Shown: in pieces, positions 20,531 to 28,404 of the stretch
How positions within the stretch are numbered: position 1 is the first letter of the stretch
How the letters are laid out: each line of letters starts with the position of its first letter
Source of the DNA: Candidatus Parcubacteria bacterium
GTDB lineage: Bacteria; Patescibacteriota; Minisyncoccia; Phycocordibacterales; UBA2100
Direction of reading: 5' to 3'
DNA length: 64,000 bases
Assembly (NCBI GenBank): GCA_003599295.1
Contig: QZJK01000007.1
Coordinates: 2,228-66,227, forward strand
The notes under the pieces: generated by a model
Database searches by the model: none
What the model was told of the DNA's origin: nothing
What the model saw: only the letters and a program-made list of their open reading frames with translations
Program-made: the position numbers and the translations under genes

Positions 20531-20651
20531 CGATTCGGAATTGTGGTCACAACGCTCGTCGGCTTCCGCCTCCTCGGTCGCGACCCCGGCTCGCTGTCGC
20601 TCACACCCGATGTGTTCGCGACAACGCTCCGCCCAGCACATGCGCAGCGAA

Positions 20652-20676
20652 AAGCGACGCAGGTCGCTTTTCTTGC
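20652..20676. terminator. hairpin AAAGCGAC-GCAG-GTCGCTTTT adjacent to tRNA-Arg
   Basis: A perfect 8-bp stem flanked by A- and T-runs. It may act as a bidirectional terminator. Confidence 0.4.
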
Positions 20677-20680
20677 CATG

Positions 20681-20752
20681 TGCTCCCGCCAGGATTCGAA
20701 CCTGGAATAGCAGTTCCGAAGACTGCTGTGATATCCGTTTCACCACGGGAGC
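20681..20752 (-). tRNA. tRNA-Arg (anticodon TCG)
   Basis: On the reverse complement: GCTCCCG...anticodon loop CTTCGGA...GGTTCGAATCCTGG CGGGAGC A. Confidence 0.85.
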
Positions 20753-20828
20753 GTCGGGACCATGATACCTTACGGCATACTTCCGCCACAACCAGACATC
20801 CTTTCTTCGCTACGATTGATAGCAACTT

Positions 20829-22316
20829 TTGAGATACAATGCGTGCATGAAAAACCGTCGACTGAATGTGCCTCAAGAGATACAAACGCTTTGCGAGACT
20901 CTCCGCGCAGCCGGATTCGAGGCATACCTCGTCGGCGGCTGTGTGCGGGATCTTCTTCTTGAACGCGAACCGAAAGATTGGGATATCACGACGAACGCGA
21001 AGCCAGAAGAGATACAAAAGTTGTTCAGGGAAACGTTTTATGAGAACGATTTCGGTACGGTGGGTGTTGTCACGGAATCCGGAGATCCGCGTTTAAAAGT
21101 CGTCGAAATAACGCCCTACCGCATCGAAGGGAAATATTCAAACGCGCGGCACCCGGATGAGGTGAAATTCAGCGACAACCTTTCTGATGACTTGAAGCGG
21201 CGCGATTTCACCATAAACGCCATCGCCTACGAACCCACGGCGAGGGCCCTCATTGATGAGCATGGCGGACAAGAAGATATACAAAGGCGGCTCATTGCCG
21301 CCGTGGGCGACGCAGACTTGCGTTTCAAAGAGGACGCGCTGCGGATGCTCCGGGCAGTGCGTCTTTCAGCAGAGTTGGACTTCGCCATCGAAACGAAAAC
21401 GGCGAGTGCACTCGTGAAGAATGCTCAACTTCTCGAAAAAATATCGCGGGAGCGCGTGCGCGATGAGTTCACGAGAATACTTGAAAGCCCGAGGCCGATG
21501 CAGGCGCTCTACGTTGCGCAAAAACTTGGCATTCTCCGGTATATTTCCCCGGAACTTGAAGAGGGGATGGGTATCAAACAGAACCAAGCGCATGCATTTG
21601 AAGTATTCGAACACCTGCTCCGCTCTCTCCAGGCCGCCGCGGATAAGGGGTGGTCTCTCGATGTCCGGCTTGCCGCGCTTCTTCACGACGTCGGCAAACC
21701 ACGCGTACGCGCATGGTCGGATGAAAAGAATGACTGGACGTTCCATGGGCACGAAGCTGTCGGTGCACGCATGGCGAAGAAGATCCTCTCTGACCTTCGA
21801 TTCTCTAAAGAAACGACAGAAAAGGTGGTGGCGCTTATCCGCACGCACATGTTCTTTTCCGACCCTGATACGGTGACGCTTTCCGCGGTCCGGCGCACTA
21901 TCCGCAATGTCGGCCCCGAAAACATAAAAGATCTGCTCAATCTGCGCATTTGCGACCGCATCGGCACGGGACGACCGAAGGAGCAACCGTTTCGTTTGCG
22001 CAAGTACATGTCTATGGTGGACGAAGCGCTCCGCGATCCCATTTCCGTCGCAATGCTTAAGATGGACGGCACGCGCCTTATCGAGATGGGTGAGAAGCCC
22101 GGGCCTCGCATCGGCTGGATACTCCATGCACTCCTTGAAGAAGTGCTGGATGACCCAAAGAAAAACACGGCGGATTATCTTGAATCTCGCTCGCAGGAAC
22201 TGGCTACACTCGGCAACACAGAGTTGAAGAAATTGGGGGAGGCAGGAAAGGAACGACTCACTGAAGAAGAAGAGGCGGCTGTAGAAGAATTACGAAAAAA
22301 ACACCACGTGTCGTGA
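20829..22316 (+). CDS. cca: CCA-adding enzyme / poly(A) polymerase family protein with HD domain
   Basis: The N-terminal nucleotidyltransferase head GGCVRDLLLEREPKDWDITT, a later HD domain (HDVGK) and a Glu/Lys-rich tail. The start is possibly at 20847. Confidence 0.8.
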   Translation: MRYNACMKNRRLNVPQEIQTLCETLRAAGFEAYLVGGCVRDLLLEREPKDWDITTNAKPEEIQKLFRETFYENDFGTVGVVTESGDPRLKVVEITPYRIEGKYSNARHPDEVKFSDNLSDDLKRRDFTINAIAYEPTARALIDEHGGQEDIQRRLIAAVGDADLRFKEDALRMLRAVRLSAELDFAIETKTASALVKNAQLLEKISRERVRDEFTRILESPRPMQALYVAQKLGILRYISPELEEGMGIKQNQAHAFEVFEHLLRSLQAAADKGWSLDVRLAALLHDVGKPRVRAWSDEKNDWTFHGHEAVGARMAKKILSDLRFSKETTEKVVALIRTHMFFSDPDTVTLSAVRRTIRNVGPENIKDLLNLRICDRIGTGRPKEQPFRLRKYMSMVDEALRDPISVAMLKMDGTRLIEMGEKPGPRIGWILHALLEEVLDDPKKNTADYLESRSQELATLGNTELKKLGEAGKERLTEEEEAAVEELRKKHHVS

Positions 22317-22419
22317 ATCGACCTTGCTCCGCATAAAGCTATGCGGGGTTCCTCCTTCGGGGAAAAACAAAAGGCCGCGCCCGCGAATGGACACGGATTC
22401 AGAGAATCTGTGCCCGTTC

Positions 22420-22740
22420 GCGAGAACGGCCTTGGGGCTAGGTTCGGTTTGGGTCTAACGACGGCACTTTGCCTAATAATTTTGGGTCGCTATGCGAGCC
22501 CTTTTAGGATGTAGTGTGCCTGTTTAAGGCCCCGGACTGGTGTCCGTCTTGCTCTATCGTTAGCAAGAATGAAATCCCTGCTGGGATAAAAGACAAGAAA
22601 AGAACTTGAACCTAACCATAGGATCCAGGGGCTAGGCCCTAGATTCCCTGTCCTATAGGATACATGGCTAAAGGACACTGTAAAGGACGCCCTGTGGATA
22701 TCTTTCAGGTCCCGCGGGACCCAATGTCCTTTAAATCAGC
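22420..22740. ncRNA. candidate structured non-coding RNA (unassigned; tmRNA-like 5' segment GGGGCTAGGTTCGG...)
   Basis: A 420-bp gene-free, lower-GC segment between convergent cca and xth. The 9-mer GGGGCTAGG occurs directly at about 22433 and 22628 (an approximate position from manual counting), and the palindrome GGTCCCGCGGGACC at about 22708 (same caveat). No family could be confirmed by eye. Confidence 0.2.
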
Positions 22741-22741
22741 C

Positions 22742-23545
22742 TTATTTTAGATCTACATCGAGAGATACCGGGCAATGGTCAGATCCTTCAAATTCGGGGT
22801 GAATGCTCGCCCGCTTCACACGGGAGCGAAGCGCTTCGCTGGTGAAAAAATAATCTATCCGCCAGCCGACATTTCTCGCACGGGCATTCGAGAAGTGGCT
22901 CCACCAAGTGTAATGACCGGATCCCGCATGAAAGAGCCGAAAGGTATCCATAAATCCTTCGTTAAGGATGTTGTCTATTCCTTCGCGCTCTTCTTTCGTG
23001 AACCCGTGTTCGCCCTCGTTCGCTTTTGGATTAGCGAGATCGTCCGGCGTATGAGCTACGTTGAGATCTCCGCAGAAAATGACCGGTTTTTTTGCTTCAA
23101 GACGTTTCAAGAACTCAAGGAACGCAGGGTCCCAGAGTTTGTGGCGTAGCTTGAGCCGGCTTAGGTCAGGTTTTGCGTTCGGCGTATATACGTTTACCAC
23201 GAAAAAGTGCTTGAATTCTGCCGTGATGACGCGTCCTTCGTTATTCGGGTCGCCGTAGCCGTCTGCTTCGAGTTTGTACCGTTTCACGAGGTCCTGTGGC
23301 AAGTCAAATATAAGGCTTTCGGGTTTCACTTTGGTGAATATGGCGGTACCGCTGTATCCCTTCCGGTTCTTCGCAGAATTCCAGAACTCTTCGTATTCCG
23401 GCAGGTCTATTTCCGCCTGACCTCGCTCTGCCTTCGTCTCTTGGAGACAGATAATATCGGGTTTCAGCTTGGTGATGACCGGCAGGAACTTGGCCTTATT
23501 GACGATGCTCCGTATGCCGTTCACGTTCCACGACACGAGTCTCAT
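22742..23545 (-). CDS. xth: exodeoxyribonuclease III (AP endonuclease)
   Basis: MRLVSWNVNGIR...DIICLQETK...SDHCPV: ExoIII/APE1 signature motifs. Confidence 0.9.
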   Translation of the reverse strand: MRLVSWNVNGIRSIVNKAKFLPVITKLKPDIICLQETKAERGQAEIDLPEYEEFWNSAKNRKGYSGTAIFTKVKPESLIFDLPQDLVKRYKLEADGYGDPNNEGRVITAEFKHFFVVNVYTPNAKPDLSRLKLRHKLWDPAFLEFLKRLEAKKPVIFCGDLNVAHTPDDLANPKANEGEHGFTKEEREGIDNILNEGFMDTFRLFHAGSGHYTWWSHFSNARARNVGWRIDYFFTSEALRSRVKRASIHPEFEGSDHCPVSLDVDLK

Positions 23546-23563
23546 ACCCGCATCATAGCGCGT

Positions 23564-24478
23564 TCATTTCCTCCGTTTCCCATGGAACGCCCTGTGCACT
23601 TCCCGAAGATGCTTGTCGGTCACATGCGTATACACCTGCGTCGTTGCGATATTCGCATGTCCCAGAAGCGCTTGCACCGAGCGGAGGTCCGCACCGCCTT
23701 CTAGAAGATCGGTCGCGAACGAGTGTCGTATGACATGCGGCGTAACCTTGCGCGTGATGCCTGCCTTGGTGGCGTATTGTTTCACGATGCGCTCCACGGA
23801 ACGCGGCGTAAGACGGCCGCCTTTTTCCTTAGTGCCTTTTCCGTAACCTGCGAACAACGCTTCTCCCATATCGCTTCGCTTCTTGAGATATTCCGCCACT
23901 GCTTTTTTTGCGGAGGGGGACAGGAACACGACTCGCACTTTATCTCCTTTGCCGCGCACCGAGAATTCGTCGCGCGTAAGGTCGAGGTCAACATTCAGGG
24001 AACACAATTCCGATACGCGCAAGCCGGTAGAGAAGAGGAGCTCGAACATGGCGCGGTCCCGGAGAGCGGTCTCCGAGTCGCCCGCCGGGGCTTTGAGAAG
24101 GCGGTTAAGCTCGTCCGCCGTGATGAGGTCGAGATCGCGCGAGCTTACCTTCGCAAGCTCTATTTTTTCCGGTTGGAGCGACTCGATCTCCATCTTGCGG
24201 AGAAACTTGAGGAACGCCCGGAGGGCTATCATGTAGTAATTCTGGGTCTTCTTTTTCATCGAACCCGAGACGCCCGATTGGCGATTGAGCCACATGCGAA
24301 ATTCGCGCACCGCTGACTCCGAAAGTTCCGAGGGCTTGCGCAGTTTCGTATGCGCGAGAAAGCGAGAGAGGTACCGGTCGTAATTCTCAACGGTCTTCAC
24401 GCTTCTGCCTTTTTCTATCTCGATGTATTCGAGGAATTGAGTTTTGAGGGCGGCGAGATCCGATGCCATTCTTTCCAT
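23564..24478 (-). CDS. xerD: tyrosine recombinase XerC/XerD family
   Basis: 304 aa. The C-terminal catalytic region reads HVIRHSFATDLLEGGADLRSVQALLGHANIATTQVYTHV. Confidence 0.85.
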   Translation of the reverse strand: MERMASDLAALKTQFLEYIEIEKGRSVKTVENYDRYLSRFLAHTKLRKPSELSESAVREFRMWLNRQSGVSGSMKKKTQNYYMIALRAFLKFLRKMEIESLQPEKIELAKVSSRDLDLITADELNRLLKAPAGDSETALRDRAMFELLFSTGLRVSELCSLNVDLDLTRDEFSVRGKGDKVRVVFLSPSAKKAVAEYLKKRSDMGEALFAGYGKGTKEKGGRLTPRSVERIVKQYATKAGITRKVTPHVIRHSFATDLLEGGADLRSVQALLGHANIATTQVYTHVTDKHLREVHRAFHGKRRK

Positions 24479-24498
24479 TGTAGCGCATGCGATGCGCG

Positions 24499-25644
24499 TT
24501 ACTTAAGGTACTTTTTCTTCTTGAGTTTTTCCGGAAGATACGATTCCGCATCGTATTTCTCATAGTCTTTCCCGTACTCAAGCTCTTTCATCAATTTCGT
24601 GACCGGATTGCGGACCTTGAGCGGAATGGGGAGAGCGCCGAACCTTTCGACATCTGCCTGCGCGGCGCGCAGCGCATCATATGCGCTGCGGTCCTTTTTG
24701 CATTCAGCGAGGTACGCAACGCCGTGCGCGAGGTTGATGGCCGCCTCGGGATAGCCGATGGTCTCGACCGCGCGAAAGACCGCGTTCGCGACGACGAGCG
24801 CCGTTGGTTGAGCGAGACCGATATCCTCGCTCGCGAAAATCACCATTCTCCTCGCGATAAAGAGCGGGTCTTCTCCGGCCGCGACCATGCGCGCGAGGTA
24901 GTAAAGCGCCGCGTCCGGCTGAGACGCGCGCATGCTTTTAATGAACGCGGAAATGGTGTTGTAATGCTCTTCGCCTTTTTTGTCATAGCGGAGATGCTTC
25001 GACTGAACGGCTTCTTTCAATGTATCTACCGTTACTTTGTCATACAATTTTTTCGCCGTTTCGAGTATCGTCAGCGCCTGGCGAGCGTCTCCTCCCGCGA
25101 TGGCAATGAGCCAGTCCGCAGCCTCCTTTGGCATTTTTATCTTCGAACGGGCAAGTATCTTTTGCATGTCTTTCTCGGAGAGTTCGTTCAACACGAACAC
25201 GCGGCAGCGTGACAGGAGCGGAGAAATCACCTCGAACGACGGGTTCTCGGTCGTGGCACCTATAAGCGTCAGATCGCCGCGTTCGACGAAAGGCAACAGA
25301 AAATCCTGCTGAGCTTTGTTGAAGCGATGTATCTCATCGATGAACAGGATCTTCGGCTTCATGAAGCTGAGCGCGCGTTCGTGTCTGCGCTCGCCGAGTA
25401 TTTTTTTAATATCGTCTTTTCCCGCGTCGACCGCGGAAAGTTCGTAAAACTCCGCGTCGAGCGCTTTCGCATAGAGTTTGGCGAGCGTCGTCTTTCCGCA
25501 CCCCGGCGGCCCCCATAGGAGGAAGGAGAAAAGCTCTTTTTTCTCAATGGCAACCCGCAGGGGTTTTCCTTTTCCTATAAGGTGCTCCTGGCCGAAGAAG
25601 TCCTCGAGCGTGCCAGGCCGTATCCGTGATGCAAGGGGTTCCAT
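24499..25644 (-). CDS. rarA: replication-associated recombination protein A (RarA/MgsA AAA+ ATPase)
   Basis: Begins MEPLASRIRPGTLEDFFGQEHL with Walker A GPPGCGKTT. The start was trimmed from the longer listed ORF to the ATG at 25644. Confidence 0.85.
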   Translation of the reverse strand: MEPLASRIRPGTLEDFFGQEHLIGKGKPLRVAIEKKELFSFLLWGPPGCGKTTLAKLYAKALDAEFYELSAVDAGKDDIKKILGERRHERALSFMKPKILFIDEIHRFNKAQQDFLLPFVERGDLTLIGATTENPSFEVISPLLSRCRVFVLNELSEKDMQKILARSKIKMPKEAADWLIAIAGGDARQALTILETAKKLYDKVTVDTLKEAVQSKHLRYDKKGEEHYNTISAFIKSMRASQPDAALYYLARMVAAGEDPLFIARRMVIFASEDIGLAQPTALVVANAVFRAVETIGYPEAAINLAHGVAYLAECKKDRSAYDALRAAQADVERFGALPIPLKVRNPVTKLMKELEYGKDYEKYDAESYLPEKLKKKKYLK

Positions 25645-25695
25645 ACAGGTGCATTGTACTCTTTTTGAGTTTTCCACTATTGCATATTCTCCGGT

Positions 25696-26205
25696 GTGCG
25701 CTATCGTAGGTGCATGAAACGAATTCTTATCATACTCGTTGTACTTATCATTCTTATTGGCGGATATTTTGTGTTTACGAACTATTCGGCTCCGGACACG
25801 ACTTCGGAGGAGAATACCAGTGGGGTAACCGAGGACGTGCAGATCCAAGACACCATTGTAGGGGAGGGCATCGAAGCGACCCCGGGTGCGACTGTTTCCG
25901 TTCTCTACGTGGGACGGCTTGAGGATGGGACTGTCTTTGACAGTTCGGAAGCGCACGGAAATGTGCCGCTTACCTTCATCCTTGGCGAGCCAGGGCTTAT
26001 TCCAGGCTTTCAGATCGGCGTGAACGGCATGAAAGAAGGGGGTGAGCGAGTTATGGCGATACCGCCATCCTTGGGCTACGGGGCACAGGCCGTGCAAGAT
26101 ACTGAAGGGAAGACCATCGTGCCGGCAAACTCAGTACTCATCTTTAACGTACGACTTGTGTCAGTCGAAGCAGCGGCCACAACTACTTCGGAAACGGCAG
26201 AATAG
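25696..26205 (+). CDS. FKBP-type peptidyl-prolyl cis-trans isomerase
   Basis: An N-terminal TM/signal segment is followed by an FKBP domain (VSVLYVGRLEDGTVFDSS...LIFNVRLVSV). Confidence 0.8.
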   Translation: MRYRRCMKRILIILVVLIILIGGYFVFTNYSAPDTTSEENTSGVTEDVQIQDTIVGEGIEATPGATVSVLYVGRLEDGTVFDSSEAHGNVPLTFILGEPGLIPGFQIGVNGMKEGGERVMAIPPSLGYGAQAVQDTEGKTIVPANSVLIFNVRLVSVEAAATTTSETAE

Positions 26206-26280
26206 GGGCATTTCTTAGCTCGACTTTTCGCTCTTCCAGACCAAAAAAGCCTTGCGTGAAGGCGCAGATTGTGCTAGTAT

Positions 26281-26553
26281 TTGTTGATGCTTTCGAAGCG
26301 TAAGAAGCAAAACGAGATAGCAAAGGCAAAACGCCACGATACGGACACCGGCTCGCCGGAGGTCCAGGTTGCCGTCCTTACGAGGCGTATTGAGGAGCTG
26401 TCTGCGCATCTCGATAAGAATCGCAAGGACAAGCACTCGCGCCGGGGACTCCTCGGGCTCGTCGCTGACCGCCGCAAACACCTGAAATACCTCGAAACGA
26501 ACAACAAGCGCGCATACAGCACGCTTGTGAAGAAACTTGGTTTGAAAAAGTAG
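26281..26553 (+). CDS. rpsO: 30S ribosomal protein S15
   Basis: About 89 aa with the S15 signature (GSPEVQVAVLTRRI..L..HL..N.KD.HSRRGL). Confidence 0.9.
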   Translation: MLMLSKRKKQNEIAKAKRHDTDTGSPEVQVAVLTRRIEELSAHLDKNRKDKHSRRGLLGLVADRRKHLKYLETNNKRAYSTLVKKLGLKK

Positions 26554-26684
26554 GCGATTCCCCTTCGCGAAGAGAGCGTTTTGCGTCTTCGCCGCTTTGA
26601 GAGTAGACTGAGGTAGTTTTTATAAGGTTTAGTTCTAATTTTTTAAACATATCGCTGTTAGCTTCGCGCTAACGCAGCATTTCT

Positions 26685-27278
26685 ATGAGCATCATTAAAC
26701 ACCCCGAACAGCGTGTCGGCGTATTCATCGACACGCAGAACTTGTACCACAGTGCAAAAAATATTTATCACGCACGCGTGAACTTCTCGAACGTTCTCAA
26801 GGACGCCATCGCAGGGCGTCGGCTCGTGCGAGCGCGCGCCTACGCTGTTACCACTGAAAGCGGCGAAGAAAAAGGCTTTTTCGACGCGCTCGCGAAGATA
26901 GGCGTCGAAATGCGAACGAAAGACCTCCAGATTTTCGCCGGCGGCGCCAAAAAAGCCGACTGGGACGTCGGGCTCGCCGTCGACGCGATAACCGCTTCTC
27001 CGAAACTCGACACTGTCATCCTTCTTACCGGCGACGGCGACTTCGTGCCGCTCGTCGAATACTTGCAGCGGCACGCCGGCTGCCAGGTGGAGGTCGTATC
27101 GTTCGGACGTTCGAGCTCGGCAAAGCTAAAAGAGGCGGTCGACGACTTTCTCGACCTTGATTCCGATCCTCGCCGATACCTTCTCAACTATCGTCCACAA
27201 CGCGGGCGGTATACTCCGCGTTCGGATACGCCCGAGACAAGGACCGAAGAGCCTGAGAGCGACCTAGGCACCGAGTGA
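26685..27278 (+). CDS. NYN domain (LabA-like) protein
   Basis: VGVFIDTQNLYHS...ILLTGDGDFVPLVEYLQ, typical of the NYN/LabA PIN-like domain. Confidence 0.7.
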   Translation: MSIIKHPEQRVGVFIDTQNLYHSAKNIYHARVNFSNVLKDAIAGRRLVRARAYAVTTESGEEKGFFDALAKIGVEMRTKDLQIFAGGAKKADWDVGLAVDAITASPKLDTVILLTGDGDFVPLVEYLQRHAGCQVEVVSFGRSSSAKLKEAVDDFLDLDSDPRRYLLNYRPQRGRYTPRSDTPETRTEEPESDLGTE

Positions 27279-28268
27279 TCACGCGTTCACTTTCCGCATT
27301 TCGCGGCGCGATGACACATACGCAAGTGCAACGAACACGAGTCCGATAAGGCCCGTGAACGGTTCCGGCACATGCACGAAAATGCCGAAGAGCATCGCGA
27401 GCGCGAGACCCATGATGGCCCAGTGCGCGCCGTGCTCGAGGTAGACCAGCGTTGAGAGCGTCCGGGCGCGCACAAGCGCGATCGTGAATGCGCGTACGAA
27501 GAGCGCGCCGATGCCGAGACCGACGACGATGATGGGGAGACTCGACGTGATGGCGAATGCGCCGACAACGCCGTCGAGAGAGAACGCGGAATCGAGTATG
27601 TTCAGGTACACGAAGAGCGCCGCGCCGCCGAGCGCGGCGGCATGAGCGCCTTCCATTTCGAATGATTGAGCCACGCCTTCAATGACGATGAATAGCACGA
27701 CCCCGATGAGACCGGCGAAGAGGAGCGTTGCCGCTTCTTGGGGAATGAAATAGGCGCACACAAGAAGAATACCGAGCACGAGCGCTATTTCTATCGCTTC
27801 AATACCGCCCCAACGTGAGAGCCTGCGTTCGACAATGCCGATCCAATGCACCTTTTTCCTGTTATTGAAGAAATATTTCAAAGAAACGAGGAGCAGGAAG
27901 GCGCTGCCGAAGGCGGCTATCGCGGTGTGGGCTCCTTCAAGGTAGCGGCTGTACGCCTCCGCGTCGAAAAAAGCGAGCTTCGCGACAGCAACGGGCCCGA
28001 GTCCCGCAGCGAGCGCTACGATGAATATCGGAAGAATAAAGCGGGTCCCGAACACCGCAATGGGGATGCCCCAGGTAAGGAAGCGGCGCTGCCAGCGCGC
28101 ATCCATCCGATTTAAGACTTTCGCGTTCACGACTGCGTTGTCGAACGAGAGTGTCGTTTCAAGAATGGCGAGCAAGACCGTGAGAAATAAGGCTGAAAAG
28201 CCTCCCCAAAAGAAAATTGCGGTAAGGGCGATGAACGAAATTGCCGTGGGGAATATATAGAATGTCAT
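27279..28268 (-). CDS. TerC/DUF475-family integral membrane protein
   Basis: A polytopic protein with the LSFDNAVV motif characteristic of the TerC family. Confidence 0.6.
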   Translation of the reverse strand: MTFYIFPTAISFIALTAIFFWGGFSALFLTVLLAILETTLSFDNAVVNAKVLNRMDARWQRRFLTWGIPIAVFGTRFILPIFIVALAAGLGPVAVAKLAFFDAEAYSRYLEGAHTAIAAFGSAFLLLVSLKYFFNNRKKVHWIGIVERRLSRWGGIEAIEIALVLGILLVCAYFIPQEAATLLFAGLIGVVLFIVIEGVAQSFEMEGAHAAALGGAALFVYLNILDSAFSLDGVVGAFAITSSLPIIVVGLGIGALFVRAFTIALVRARTLSTLVYLEHGAHWAIMGLALAMLFGIFVHVPEPFTGLIGLVFVALAYVSSRREMRKVNA

Positions 28269-28404
28269 GCGCCGTGTCCGTTTTCAGTATTCGGGAAGTG
28301 TGCTACACTCGCATACATTAGCATAATCGTGGCGGGCGGATAGGCAGAATTGCTCCAAACAAACGAGGAGCCAATGCTGAAATCCGAACGTCACCCAAGA
28401 ACGA

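Noticed and set aside
22490-22678. 62-aa minus-strand ORF inside the candidate ncRNA region (ends ...ILKGLA)
   Set aside because: The peptide is unconvincing. The region is better explained as non-coding. A tmRNA tag-like ending was considered but is on the wrong strand relative to the tmRNA-like 5' motif.
22320-22740. Confident tmRNA (ssrA) call
   Set aside because: Only the 5' acceptor and D-region-like motif could be recognised. No complementary 3' acceptor strand, T-arm or credible tag reading frame ending in ...AA was found. It is reported as an unassigned ncRNA candidate only.
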